Virus record (IMG/VR): IMGVR_UViG_3300042010_000106
Coordinates: 1-64,000 of that record
Direction: 5' to 3' (one strand)
DNA: 64,000 bases
In this document: in pieces, positions 30,772-40,349 of the stretch
Layout of the letters: each line of letters starts with the position of its first letter
Numbering within the stretch: position 1 is the stretch's first letter
Program-made: the position numbers and the translations under genes
The notes under the pieces: generated by a model
Database searches by the model: none
Told to the model about the DNA's origin: nothing
What the model saw: only the letters and a program-made list of their open reading frames with translations

Positions 30772-31120
30772 AGCACGCATCGAAAAACTTGTTGCACGTC
30801 TGCGTGAAAGCTTTGCGAAACAGCAACGTGTTTTGGCAATCATTCAGACCCGTGATGAAACGATTGAAGCCTTGTGTGACAGCGTAACCGTTCACGAAGG
30901 CCGCGTGCGTAAGTTGTCTATTCGGTTGCAGTCGGGCGAACTGAAATTCAAAGACGTGCACGACCTGTACGAAGATCGCAACTGCTATGCGTACATCGAA
31001 AAAGATCCACAAGTTGTGTTCAAGTTCCCCGGAAAAGAAATGCCGCTCGATCTACATTTCGACGCCGAAGGTTTTGCAGCGCTGACAGCAACGTACGAAT
31101 TTGAGCTGGAACTGCCATGA
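30761..31120 (+). CDS. hypothetical protein
   Basis: GGAG/AAGGA SD. Confidence 0.7.
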   Translation: MDDKARIEKLVARLRESFAKQQRVLAIIQTRDETIEALCDSVTVHEGRVRKLSIRLQSGELKFKDVHDLYEDRNCYAYIEKDPQVVFKFPGKEMPLDLHFDAEGFAALTATYEFELELP

Positions 31121-31689
31121 CGTACATGTGTGCCGACCTGCATTTGGGTCACAAACAAATCCATATTTATCGTGGCTTCGATACAACAGCGGCACACGAT
31201 GACTTCGTAGAGAAACGCTGGCTTGAAACCATCACAAAGAAAGCTAAAAGCCCAATTGTCGAAAAGCAGGACACGATCTACATTTTGGGCGACATCGCAT
31301 TCAGCCGAGAAGGATGGGAACGCCTCGACAGTTGGCCCGGACACAAAACCATCATCCTTGGAAATCACTGCACAGAATACGCTGACGCCAAGTACATTAG
31401 CAGTCTGAAAACTGTAAAGGCTGTTCATGGTTTGATGAAATACAAAACGGCTTGGCTGTCGCATGCACCGTTGCACCCTGACCATCTGCGCGGCAAGCGG
31501 AACATTCACGGACACTTGCACGGAACGCTTGTAAAAGATCGTCGCTATCTGAATGTGAGTCTCGAAAACACAGACATGGCGCCGTTGCATCTGGATAAAA
31601 TTCTGGCTGAATTCGAACGCCGCCAAAACCTTGCGTACGTCTATGAGACGTTGGGAAGTGCAGCATTATTCCGAGCATTGTCGAAATGA
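31117..31689 (+). CDS. calcineurin-like metallophosphoesterase
   Basis: DLHLGH, ILGD, LGNH, LSHAP, NIHGHLH. Confidence 0.92.
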   Translation: MTYMCADLHLGHKQIHIYRGFDTTAAHDDFVEKRWLETITKKAKSPIVEKQDTIYILGDIAFSREGWERLDSWPGHKTIILGNHCTEYADAKYISSLKTVKAVHGLMKYKTAWLSHAPLHPDHLRGKRNIHGHLHGTLVKDRRYLNVSLENTDMAPLHLDKILAEFERRQNLAYVYETLGSAALFRALSK

Positions 31690-32012
31690 AAAAGAGTCAA
31701 GCTTTCATGATGCTGTTGCCGAAATTAATGGCGCTCGACACCGGGAAAAACCCAAGTGTTCTGCGTCTGTTCCACGAAAACGGCGAGTACCAAGCTACGC
31801 TGAAATCGTTCACGGCAGCGGACAAGAAAAAACGTACGTTGGATATGAAAGTTTATATCTACACGCCCATGCAAAATATGGACTACACCGACGATGACGT
31901 AATCATTGAAGGTGATGGTTTTACGCTTGAATTAACTGTGCTTAATCAGCGCCGCAAGAAACAGCCAGACGGCGGCTATCGGCACATGCTCGACCTTTAC
32001 GGGGAAATGTGA
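31686..32012 (+). CDS. hypothetical protein
   Basis: coupled ORF. Confidence 0.7.
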   Translation: MKKSQAFMMLLPKLMALDTGKNPSVLRLFHENGEYQATLKSFTAADKKKRTLDMKVYIYTPMQNMDYTDDDVIIEGDGFTLELTVLNQRRKKQPDGGYRHMLDLYGEM

Positions 32013-33490
32013 TGAACACCACACCGGAACAAATTCAACGCCTGCAAAATCTTCGTAGTTTTCTCGATCCTACGGGCAAGCTTAACGACGAAGAATATCG
32101 CGACCTTTTGATGCACGGAACGCAGCACGGATACAACCTCGTTGGCCGCACTGAATTCCCTGAAAGCAATTGGCCGTTTGATGGCAGCGTAAAAACAGAC
32201 GTTTCGATCAACGACGTAGACAGCGAATTTCTGAAGTTTGCAAATGATCGCTATATCGCGCTGCTCGGAATCGAATACGTATCCGGCGTCATGCTTCTGA
32301 AATGGCTGGCCGGTGAAAACGCTACGCGCAAAGGCATTGACGAAATGCTCATTTATTCGCGCATGGCGATGATGCCATCCTTCGTGTATCACCCATCGCT
32401 GAAACGTTCTGAAATTCCCCTCGGCGTAACTGCACACGATACCGAAGTAGCTGCCTTGCAAGAAGCTGTACGGGAAATGCACCCAGCCGATTTGGAAATC
32501 ATGAAATCGACCGGTGAAGTTCCTGAGAGTTTGGGCCGAGGAATGACGCGCAGCCGCACAACCGAAATGCTCATGCAACTTGAAGATGATCAAATAGCAT
32601 TCGGTCTGGAAGCACTTAACAAATATCTTGAAGAAGGTATTCGTCCCGGTGTGTTATCCGGTGCTTCGGGAATTACCGCAACTGCATACCCAAACGATAT
32701 TGAGGAACGCCGCGCTGCTTTCGCTGCTGAGCAATCTGGTGTTGAAATCAAAACGGCTAAAGGTTTGTACGAAACCAAATCCGGTGCCGCAACGTTCCAA
32801 GTGATTTGCGACGAAAGCAATAACCCGCCTGACGTTGTTGAAACTGGTGACTTGAACGTCGATATTTTGCTCGACCTGAATCACATTTCTGCAAAGCTTT
32901 CCGACATGGGTATCAGTTGGCAGGGCGGAAGCTCGCAGAACATCGACCACGAATACGCAGCCGGTTACGCGAAACACATTCTGCAATTGCGTGATGATCA
33001 CGATGTTGAACCTGAACCGATTACGTTGATCGACGGCAAGCTGGTTGCAGGCGAAACCAAACGTGAAAACCATGCACGTGTTATCGACTTGTTCAAATAC
33101 GCCGCCGAAGTAGGCATTGGTAAATTTTCAGGTCAGAAACCACCGTTCGCCGTGAACACTCCGAAAGGCAGTCAAATCATCACCGCTTACGACGTGTCGT
33201 TGCGTGAAGACAATGCTGTACAAACCGTTACGCGTAAAGACCTCGACGGCAACATGTTTGTGCTGAGTACGCACAGCATCTGCGCCTACGACGTTGCACG
33301 AATCACCGATAAACAAACGCGTCAAATGCAACACCATGAAACTGCTGAACTTCTTACCGAAATGCGTAAGGAATCCGGCAGTCTCGCGACCGTTTCCCCT
33401 GCGTACGTTGCGGCAATGAATGCGCAAGACGCACGCAAGAAGCAAAAGAAAGTAAAAACCAAAAACCGTAACAAACGCGCTAAGCGCTAA
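32012..33490 (+). CDS. multi-domain hypothetical protein containing a tail-sheath C-terminal-like motif
   Basis: long ORF; FQVICDESNNPPDVVETGDLNVDI; basic C-terminal tail. Confidence 0.75.
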   Translation: MNTTPEQIQRLQNLRSFLDPTGKLNDEEYRDLLMHGTQHGYNLVGRTEFPESNWPFDGSVKTDVSINDVDSEFLKFANDRYIALLGIEYVSGVMLLKWLAGENATRKGIDEMLIYSRMAMMPSFVYHPSLKRSEIPLGVTAHDTEVAALQEAVREMHPADLEIMKSTGEVPESLGRGMTRSRTTEMLMQLEDDQIAFGLEALNKYLEEGIRPGVLSGASGITATAYPNDIEERRAAFAAEQSGVEIKTAKGLYETKSGAATFQVICDESNNPPDVVETGDLNVDILLDLNHISAKLSDMGISWQGGSSQNIDHEYAAGYAKHILQLRDDHDVEPEPITLIDGKLVAGETKRENHARVIDLFKYAAEVGIGKFSGQKPPFAVNTPKGSQIITAYDVSLREDNAVQTVTRKDLDGNMFVLSTHSICAYDVARITDKQTRQMQHHETAELLTEMRKESGSLATVSPAYVAAMNAQDARKKQKKVKTKNRNKRAKR

Positions 33491-33500
33491 AGGAGAAATC

Positions 33501-33800
33501 ATGAAACATTATCTGATCGGTTCCCTGACTGCACTGAAGAACACTGCAATCGCAATGACCGTTACCGACGTGTACGAATACACTCCAGCAGAAGGCAGCG
33601 ACGACGAAGAAACCACGACCATTACCGCGATGTATTTCGCTGGTGACATTCTGCAAACTGTTCAACTCGACGCTGACCAGTTCATCGGTTTCGGTGATTA
33701 CCTGATTTTCGAAAACGGTCATTTCACCGACGCGGCTTTCCATGAAACCGACGATGACGACGATGACGACACCGGCCCTACTGACGAACCAGAAGCCTAA
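33501..33800 (+). CDS. small acidic protein
   Basis: AAGGAG SD; strong codon bias. Confidence 0.75.
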   Translation: MKHYLIGSLTALKNTAIAMTVTDVYEYTPAEGSDDEETTTITAMYFAGDILQTVQLDADQFIGFGDYLIFENGHFTDAAFHETDDDDDDDTGPTDEPEA

Positions 33801-33843
33801 GTGACAAAGGCCAAGGACGGCCACCTTTCCAACGGAGAATTAA

Positions 33844-34176
33844 ATGGATATTCATCAAGAAGTTGCAATGCTACTGCGTTGGTTGGGTAGTGAATCCCAC
33901 TTCAATGCAAAACCTGAAACATTAGAATTCCACAAACTTTTACAGGAACCGGACAGTGAAAAACTTTCGGCATTTGTAGAAGAACATGGGGGCGTACGTG
34001 CACTGGAAATCAAGCTGTACGGCGCCCCTCTTTCCTATCTGCTGGGCCGTGGGTACGCACCGGGCCGGTACATGGGAACGTGCCCCGGTTGCAAAGAATC
34101 TTTCATCGGCGACAAGCGCGCCATTTCTTGTCTTTCATGCGCGGTGAAAACCTATGCAGCAGTTTCCGGTAATTGA
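33844..34176 (+). CDS. hypothetical protein with Zn-finger (GYAPG.Y...C..C...F.GDKRA..C..CA)
   Basis: GGAG SD; motif visible. Confidence 0.75.
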   Translation: MDIHQEVAMLLRWLGSESHFNAKPETLEFHKLLQEPDSEKLSAFVEEHGGVRALEIKLYGAPLSYLLGRGYAPGRYMGTCPGCKESFIGDKRAISCLSCAVKTYAAVSGN

Positions 34177-35116
34177 TCGAATTGGTTTGGATGGCAAACC
34201 TGAAATACAGAATTACACCACAAGTTTTCTCGACGAAGTAAACGCGAATTACGTGTGGCGTGTATATGACAAGGAAACTTGTGCGCTGAGCCTTGAAGCG
34301 GTCTACACGTTTCTGTACACGCTCGTAATCTTGACTGCCGTTGACAACGATATTCGTGAAATTCCTGATTGGGAACGTGAAACCACATTCGACGTTGCAA
34401 TTATGCTGGCAATGACAGAAATCAAAGACGCGGAATATACGCCTGCGATTGAACGTCACAAATATCTGCAAGTGTTTCGTGCATACGTTGCAGCACAACA
34501 CCTCGGCGACAGCGCATGGGAACGCCGCGTTGAATGTCTGGCCCTGTTCATTGACTTGGCTATTCCAAACGTCATGACAATACGCACAGCAAAAGGCGGT
34601 GACGGCCACGTCTTCAAAGCACAACGTTGCGTTTCTGACGCGTGGAAAATCTTTCCAATTTTCATGGAAAACCCGCGCCTGCAATACAGCTCACAAAGCG
34701 CGTGGAATGCTGCCTGTTTCCGTGTTGATAGTGCATTGGAATACTGCGGAACGTTGCCTGCAATAGATTACATGCGCCGCCTGCATCCGTACTTCAACGA
34801 ACAACGTTTTATGCACGTCGGCAGCGATCACAAAATCACGCTGGCAATTCTTCAGCAGCAGAAAATCATTGAAGACGCGCAAGCACAAATTGTTGCCATC
34901 CGTACAGGCTGCACGCATCCGAAAGAAGCCATCAAATCCCATTCGTGGGGTAACTCCGGCAACTACGATCCGAGCGATGATTGCTACGGTCGTGAAGACA
35001 CTTGCACAATTTGCGGAAACGTTGCGCACTACCAAACAGAATACGGTAAGAACGGCTACCACTTCAAATACAACACGGCCACATCCTTGCCAGCAAAGAC
35101 ACGGGACGAAAAGTAA
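34154..35116 (+). CDS. hypothetical protein, C-terminal C.H...C..CG Zn-binding domain
   Basis: long ORF. Confidence 0.75.
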   Translation: MQQFPVIDRIGLDGKPEIQNYTTSFLDEVNANYVWRVYDKETCALSLEAVYTFLYTLVILTAVDNDIREIPDWERETTFDVAIMLAMTEIKDAEYTPAIERHKYLQVFRAYVAAQHLGDSAWERRVECLALFIDLAIPNVMTIRTAKGGDGHVFKAQRCVSDAWKIFPIFMENPRLQYSSQSAWNAACFRVDSALEYCGTLPAIDYMRRLHPYFNEQRFMHVGSDHKITLAILQQQKIIEDAQAQIVAIRTGCTHPKEAIKSHSWGNSGNYDPSDDCYGREDTCTICGNVAHYQTEYGKNGYHFKYNTATSLPAKTRDEK

Positions 35117-35403
35117 TGTATCACTACCTGTTGGTTTTTAACGACCGTAGCGAAACACGTGGTGCAGGTTTCAAAGACGAAGACGTTTTGAAAGTTGACG
35201 ATTTTTACGTGGCCCGAATCGAAAGCGAAGATCCATTAGTGCAACCGATGTTGGGTTGGTGCGTGGCCTACGCAGGCTTATGGCGACCGACAGGCAGTTA
35301 CGCTTTGCAGACTGTGAACCTCGGTGCAAATTGTCGCGGTGAAATTCATGCGTGTGTGAAAAAAGCGATGAACACTCCTGAACTCAAATTGATCACGGTG
35401 TAA
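35116..35403 (+). CDS. hypothetical protein
   Basis: TAATG overlap. Confidence 0.7.
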   Translation: MYHYLLVFNDRSETRGAGFKDEDVLKVDDFYVARIESEDPLVQPMLGWCVAYAGLWRPTGSYALQTVNLGANCRGEIHACVKKAMNTPELKLITV

Positions 35404-35404
35404 C

Positions 35405-35713
35405 ATGGAAATCAACCCTGAATTTGAAAAGTATCAAAAAGCATTGGAACGTGTGAACCGTGAGATTGATTCGCGCCATCGTAAACTGCTACAAATAATC
35501 TGGACTACAGAGCCTTTCAACAAGGGTGCAACTGGCCCGCTCGCTACCGCGCCTTTCCTGACTGAACTCGGTTGGGTTCACGCGATACACAAAGCGTTAG
35601 ATCAACTGGCTGACATCAACACGCAGTTGGAACGCCTGCGCAGTTCCGATCCTGCTCGCCATTTGACTGACCGTCTTTTCGAACACAATTTTCGCGATCT
35701 TTTACGGTGGTAA
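35405..35713 (+). CDS. hypothetical coiled-coil protein
   Basis: tiling; similar to next ORF. Confidence 0.7.
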   Translation: MEINPEFEKYQKALERVNREIDSRHRKLLQIIWTTEPFNKGATGPLATAPFLTELGWVHAIHKALDQLADINTQLERLRSSDPARHLTDRLFEHNFRDLLRW

Positions 35714-35717
35714 AAAT

Positions 35718-36062
35718 ATGAGCATGCCAGAAAACGCAAACGAAAAAGTCTATCGCAAATATTATCCAGCGTGGGCAGCGATGGGTAGCCATATCGAAGA
35801 CCTCGAAAAAGAATTGGCCTCGCTGAAATATACAGTCAGTCCTCTTCGTGATTATGTAGGGCCAACCGGGTTTTCGTATGAAGCTTTCTACTTCACTGAG
35901 CTGTATTGGCTGTCACTGATTCAAGACCAACTCAACAAAGTCAAAAGTCTGCGCGAAAGCATCGCCTATTACCAAATGAACAACGTTGCAAAAGCGCGTA
36001 ATCGTTTGTTGGGTGACTTGGAGGTTGCCGGAATGCACGACGTTTACGACTGGATTTCGTAA
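35718..36062 (+). CDS. hypothetical coiled-coil protein
   Basis: tiling. Confidence 0.7.
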   Translation: MSMPENANEKVYRKYYPAWAAMGSHIEDLEKELASLKYTVSPLRDYVGPTGFSYEAFYFTELYWLSLIQDQLNKVKSLRESIAYYQMNNVAKARNRLLGDLEVAGMHDVYDWIS

Positions 36063-36640
36063 TGCCTTGGACGGGAGTGGGTGCCCGTGTGACGCCACTT
36101 CTGATTCAAAAGGTCATGACGTTGTTTGCATCGACCATGGAAACGTTTTGTCGTCACGGGTACGCGGAAGGTGCAGACCAAGCCTTCGGAAAAGGTGCGC
36201 AAAAGCAGGAAGTGTATTTGCCTTGGCGTAACTTCAACGGCCACAAAACAGGCATGTGGGATTACACTGAAGCGCAGATAATGTTCGCTGAATATCTGGC
36301 GTGGAAAGTTTACCCTGTCGTAATACCTGACAATTTCATGAAACTGTTTCGTCGCAACGCGTTTCAAATCGTCGGTCTAGCTACGTGTGTCGAGGATGCC
36401 AAGCCTTCGTCATTCGTGTTGTGCTGGACGCCGGATGGTTGTATCGGAAGACAGTCGTATAATTATGGAACGACAGGTGGAACCGGCGTTGCAATTATGA
36501 TTGCCGAAGAATTCGAAGTCCCTGTCTACAATCTCGCTCGCCGTGAGCATATGCGAATGGTGCTAGACCATTTGAACGACCACGGAATCAAAACTGTAAA
36601 GCTTGAGAAAGAACTACGTAAACAGGGGCTGTTCGCATGA
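36062..36640 (+). CDS. DprA/SLOG-like protein
   Basis: TGVGAR.TP, G.A.GAD.AF, YLPW..FN, RNA.QI.G, V.CWT.DG, GGTG.AI.IA.....VYNL. Confidence 0.85.
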   Translation: MPWTGVGARVTPLLIQKVMTLFASTMETFCRHGYAEGADQAFGKGAQKQEVYLPWRNFNGHKTGMWDYTEAQIMFAEYLAWKVYPVVIPDNFMKLFRRNAFQIVGLATCVEDAKPSSFVLCWTPDGCIGRQSYNYGTTGGTGVAIMIAEEFEVPVYNLARREHMRMVLDHLNDHGIKTVKLEKELRKQGLFA

Positions 36641-37053
36641 ACGAAAACATCGTTGAAATCAAGTTCAGTAATTCCGACATGCGCACCAACGGTGTGTATG
36701 CCGCTGACCAGTACGGCAATGAAATGCCGTTTTACGAAGGCTACAAGATTGTAAAAAACCGCGACCTTACCACCCTTGTGAAAATTGTCCGGGAACGTAA
36801 GTGGGCACGCCGCAAGCAGTTTCAAAAAGAAGTGCAGTATACAACGAAGTACGAAAATCGTCCGTGTAAAACGGCGTTGATTCAAGACGACTGCATCATC
36901 ATGCACCCGTACTATTACGATGACGTACGCGCATGCACTGCAACACGCATGCACACAGGTTTCGGTGGCATGGGCGCATACATGGCCCAAAGACTACTCA
37001 TTACCAGTGAACGTCCCGGTTTTCTACGTCAGATGCTTGGAGAAAAAGAATGA
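36637..37053 (+). CDS. hypothetical protein (paralog of 37882)
   Basis: RERKW.R...FQKE motif. Confidence 0.7.
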   Translation: MNENIVEIKFSNSDMRTNGVYAADQYGNEMPFYEGYKIVKNRDLTTLVKIVRERKWARRKQFQKEVQYTTKYENRPCKTALIQDDCIIMHPYYYDDVRACTATRMHTGFGGMGAYMAQRLLITSERPGFLRQMLGEKE

Positions 37054-37328
37054 ACGATGGATATTACACCCGCGCACGTGCACTGCTGATTCGCGTTCTC
37101 GGTCGCGTTGCAATTCTTGAACATGACTTGGCGTTGCTGGCGAATCCAGAACACAAGCGTGTAATTCCTAACGAATTCCCAAAGACGGAAACGCTTAGCG
37201 AAATCAAAGATCATTTGGAAATCGCTTACGTCCGCATGCACAGTCTGCGTGCACAAATCGACGTTCATCCGCAGGGTACGGTTCTCGACATCATGCGTCT
37301 GGCTGAAAAGATGGGTGAAACATTGTGA
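37050..37328 (+). CDS. hypothetical protein
   Basis: GGAG SD, coupled. Confidence 0.7.
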   Translation: MNDGYYTRARALLIRVLGRVAILEHDLALLANPEHKRVIPNEFPKTETLSEIKDHLEIAYVRMHSLRAQIDVHPQGTVLDIMRLAEKMGETL

Positions 37329-37591
37329 AGCTTTGGCACTGGCTCAAAGAACTGTTACGTAAATCGCCCAAGCAGGAAAAACCAAAACCAAAATTCATTC
37401 TGTGTGAAAACTGCAACACGTGGTACGGCGACCTTACTGACGGTGAGGCATTCGCTTCGTCTTACGTGAACACAGAAAACCCTGAAGAACTGAAAGCGCT
37501 GTACACGTGTGGGAAATGCCGCCACGTTTCTGAGTGGTTCACAGGGGCACCAATGCCCATTAAATATTCTGACGTAAGGAAGGTTGAATAA
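37325..37591 (+). CDS. Zn-ribbon protein
   Basis: CENC...YTCGKC...SEW. Confidence 0.7.
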   Translation: MKLWHWLKELLRKSPKQEKPKPKFILCENCNTWYGDLTDGEAFASSYVNTENPEELKALYTCGKCRHVSEWFTGAPMPIKYSDVRKVE

Positions 37592-37878
37592 TGCGCGAAA
37601 CTATTTATGCAGTTGCTGATCGTCTGAATGCCCTTCTGACCTTCGACAACATCCCGAACGCGCAGGAAGAATACGCGCAGCTTTTCGAGATTCATTCGAA
37701 CACCGAAGAGTACACGATTTCTTTCTACGGCTATCCAGTCTGGTCTACTGCATCCGACTCGATTCCTGAAGACAACGAAGAAGAACAAATTTACAACGAA
37801 TGCCTGAATCGTGTTGTGAACATGCGCAGCGCAATCCTGCACATTACTGCAACCATTCCGAACAAATCGTGGACATAA
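37591..37878 (+). CDS. hypothetical protein
   Basis: coupled. Confidence 0.7.
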   Translation: MRETIYAVADRLNALLTFDNIPNAQEEYAQLFEIHSNTEEYTISFYGYPVWSTASDSIPEDNEEEQIYNECLNRVVNMRSAILHITATIPNKSWT

Positions 37879-37881
37879 AAC

Positions 37882-38454
37882 ATGACTGATTTTCGCAAGC
37901 TTTTTGGCGGTATCAATCCAGAATTCGATCCTGTTGCTTTGGCGAATGGCTGCGCCACCAGTTCCGCACCGACTGGCACTGACGCCGCTTCGATTCTTGC
38001 GTCGATCATGGCATTGAAACTGGAAATGGCAGCACACGGCAGACTTAACGAGCCAGCAATGCCTGATAAAAACGGAAACGTTTATCCTGCATCTTTGTTT
38101 GGTATGCCTCTCGTTGTTTCTCCGCTGTTGCCTACGACACGACAGGTTGCACACATGCGGGAACGTAAGTGGAGCCATCGCGTACGCTTTCAAAAAGAAC
38201 GTCGCTTTGACATCACTTATGAAACCAAACCGAACAACGAAGTTTACGTACTCGCTGACAAAATCGTTTTGAATCAACAACAATTTGACGCGCTGGAAGC
38301 TACGATTCCTAAAAGCAAAGAGCCGACGTTTTCCATGGGTATGTCTGTGCGCCCGCACGATTATGTACCGATGGAACCTGAGCCGCGCTTTCATGGCTTC
38401 GGTGCTTTCGATATCAACCCACGTTCCGTGGCCCTGATCCGAGGCGGTGTGTAA
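37882..38454 (+). CDS. hypothetical protein (paralog of 36637)
   Basis: RERKWSHR..FQKE motif. Confidence 0.7.
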   Translation: MTDFRKLFGGINPEFDPVALANGCATSSAPTGTDAASILASIMALKLEMAAHGRLNEPAMPDKNGNVYPASLFGMPLVVSPLLPTTRQVAHMRERKWSHRVRFQKERRFDITYETKPNNEVYVLADKIVLNQQQFDALEATIPKSKEPTFSMGMSVRPHDYVPMEPEPRFHGFGAFDINPRSVALIRGGV

Positions 38455-38894
38455 TGCGTGCCAACAAAAGAAATCGTCGCACGATAAATAACAAACGTGT
38501 GTCGAATAAAGTAGTGTGGAAACTTTACGATCACTACACGCTTTTTATCAGTATCTGCGAAGGTACTGGTGCATTGAGCATCGCCTCGATTACCAAACAA
38601 TTTGGCCTCGATGGCAACGGCAACATGGTTCTGCCTTCGTTCAAATGGGTAGGCGCCAGCGAAAATTACACGATGATTTTCTCGCCGTTCAACACCTTCC
38701 GTGAAGCACACGAATGGGCTGCTCAATACATTCAACAACTCATGGAACGTCGCGAAGAAATGTGGTGGGTGCCTGCTGGGCAGCTACGCGGCAAAATCAT
38801 GCTTGAGAAGCCGACCGAACGTGAACTCGAAACGTTTGAGTACACAACACTCGGTTCGCAATTCGTGAACAAAATTCCTGTAGGGCTTTCCTGA
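38454..38894 (+). CDS. hypothetical protein
   Basis: GAGG SD, coupled. Confidence 0.7.
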   Translation: MRANKRNRRTINNKRVSNKVVWKLYDHYTLFISICEGTGALSIASITKQFGLDGNGNMVLPSFKWVGASENYTMIFSPFNTFREAHEWAAQYIQQLMERREEMWWVPAGQLRGKIMLEKPTERELETFEYTTLGSQFVNKIPVGLS

Positions 38895-39100
38895 TGGCTA
38901 GCGCAACGTACGAACTTGCTGAACGTTATCGTCAGCACCAGCACTCAATACACAAAAAATTTCTCAGTGTTGTAGGCGACAAAATCAACACGGATATTCA
39001 TACCAGAAAATCCTACTGGAAAATGCACCGTCGTCTGCGTGACAAAGTTTACCCACGGGGCAAACGTAACATCGTCCTGCGTTTCGAGGGCATGATATGA
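38894..39100 (+). CDS. small basic protein
   Basis: coupled both ends. Confidence 0.6.
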   Translation: MASATYELAERYRQHQHSIHKKFLSVVGDKINTDIHTRKSYWKMHRRLRDKVYPRGKRNIVLRFEGMI

Positions 39101-39705
39101 GCTGGTTGAACACGCTGTTAAAACAGAAGCAATGTCTGACCCGTGTACTGGAACGGGATTTCAAATACATTGCACAAGTTCGCTATGCGTTTTTCTGGTT
39201 CACCTTGGCTTTCGAGGAAGAACAGGAATACGATTACGGAAACGAGTACGAAGAAAACCGCAATCGTTTGCAGAAAATGCGTGACCTTGCTGCCTACTAT
39301 GCTCGCACGCACAAAGGCTACTACCTCGGCACCGTGGAATACGAAAGCCTGCGCGATAAAATCCGTGCAAAACTTCGTGCAAAATTCACAGGCCCTTGCG
39401 GTGTACAAGGCGCTCGCGGCGACATGGGTACACCCGGTGCGGAAGGCCCACGCGGTCGTTCGTACGATGACATTCAGTGTCCGCATTGCGATACGTACCG
39501 TACGGATATTCGCCCGTCTGTTCCTTTGCACTTCGATCATTTCGGTGAAGACACACCGCTGGTTTACACGTGCCAATTTTCCAAGTGCGGTCGCCAATCA
39601 AACTGGATCGTTTATAACGGAGCTTTCCTGCATGCTGGATCAATTACGCAACATGTTGTTGGTGACGACGCCAAGCCAACCGTACCCGACAGCAAACTTC
39701 CTTAA
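39097..39705 (+). CDS. hypothetical protein with short collagen-like repeat and Zn ribbon
   Basis: 8 Gly-X-Y triplets; CPHC...YTC...C. Confidence 0.75.
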   Translation: MSWLNTLLKQKQCLTRVLERDFKYIAQVRYAFFWFTLAFEEEQEYDYGNEYEENRNRLQKMRDLAAYYARTHKGYYLGTVEYESLRDKIRAKLRAKFTGPCGVQGARGDMGTPGAEGPRGRSYDDIQCPHCDTYRTDIRPSVPLHFDHFGEDTPLVYTCQFSKCGRQSNWIVYNGAFLHAGSITQHVVGDDAKPTVPDSKLP

Positions 39706-39724
39706 CGCCGAAGTTTGTTTGCTC

Positions 39725-40309
39725 ATGAACAGAAACGTGGACGTCACGATCCCGCTGACCGCGCTGGTTCGTGACTACATGCACACGATTCTGGATGCGC
39801 GTTTGCATTTCAAGCCCATGAAAGAAACGCATCTGAAATTCGTTGAGGATTTGAAAGCGTACGGTGGTCTGTCGAAGGCTGACACAAAAACACACGACCA
39901 ATACGCAATCAGTTACCGCGCATCGCCAGTTGACTACAACATTCACGGATCGTCGCTAACGCTGATGAAACTGGCGGCGGAACAGTACGTGATTGCTCGC
40001 GCACGTGATGCGTTGTTGCCTTTGCGCGATGAAGTCTTTGATGAAATTTCGGCGATGCAATTCGTGTCAAATTTTCGTGGGGAAATGACCAAGACGAACA
40101 TGCGTTACGATTGGATGCGTGCACCAAAAGATCCAGACGACGAAAACGTGGCTGTGCTTATGGTTACGGATATTTTTCTGCCGGGTCACATGATTGCGCA
40201 TCGGTTCGTCATGAAAATTGATTACCACGGAATCATCACAAGATTTCCAAGTGATGATGGTTACGACCTTGCGTTTTCAATCAATAAAGGTTGGCTGCCT
40301 GAGTATTAA
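39725..40309 (+). CDS. hypothetical protein
   Basis: 3' part of track ORF 39143; upstream part overlaps the 39097 gene. Confidence 0.65.
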   Translation: MNRNVDVTIPLTALVRDYMHTILDARLHFKPMKETHLKFVEDLKAYGGLSKADTKTHDQYAISYRASPVDYNIHGSSLTLMKLAAEQYVIARARDALLPLRDEVFDEISAMQFVSNFRGEMTKTNMRYDWMRAPKDPDDENVAVLMVTDIFLPGHMIAHRFVMKIDYHGIITRFPSDDGYDLAFSINKGWLPEY

Positions 40310-40349
40310 GTAATTTAGTCATAACACTTATCCAAAGGAGGAATGTGTT

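Noticed and set aside
38086-38136. SLFGMPLVVSPLLP as a capsid P-domain fragment
   Set aside because: Very short, and better explained as part of the domain shared with paralog 36637
39143-39724. 5' extension of track ORF 39143-40309 (similar extensions at 4604, 6983, 13834, 25792, 30088, 30569, 50639, 60621, 61512)
   Set aside because: They overlap better-supported genes, terminators or promoters; downstream starts were chosen
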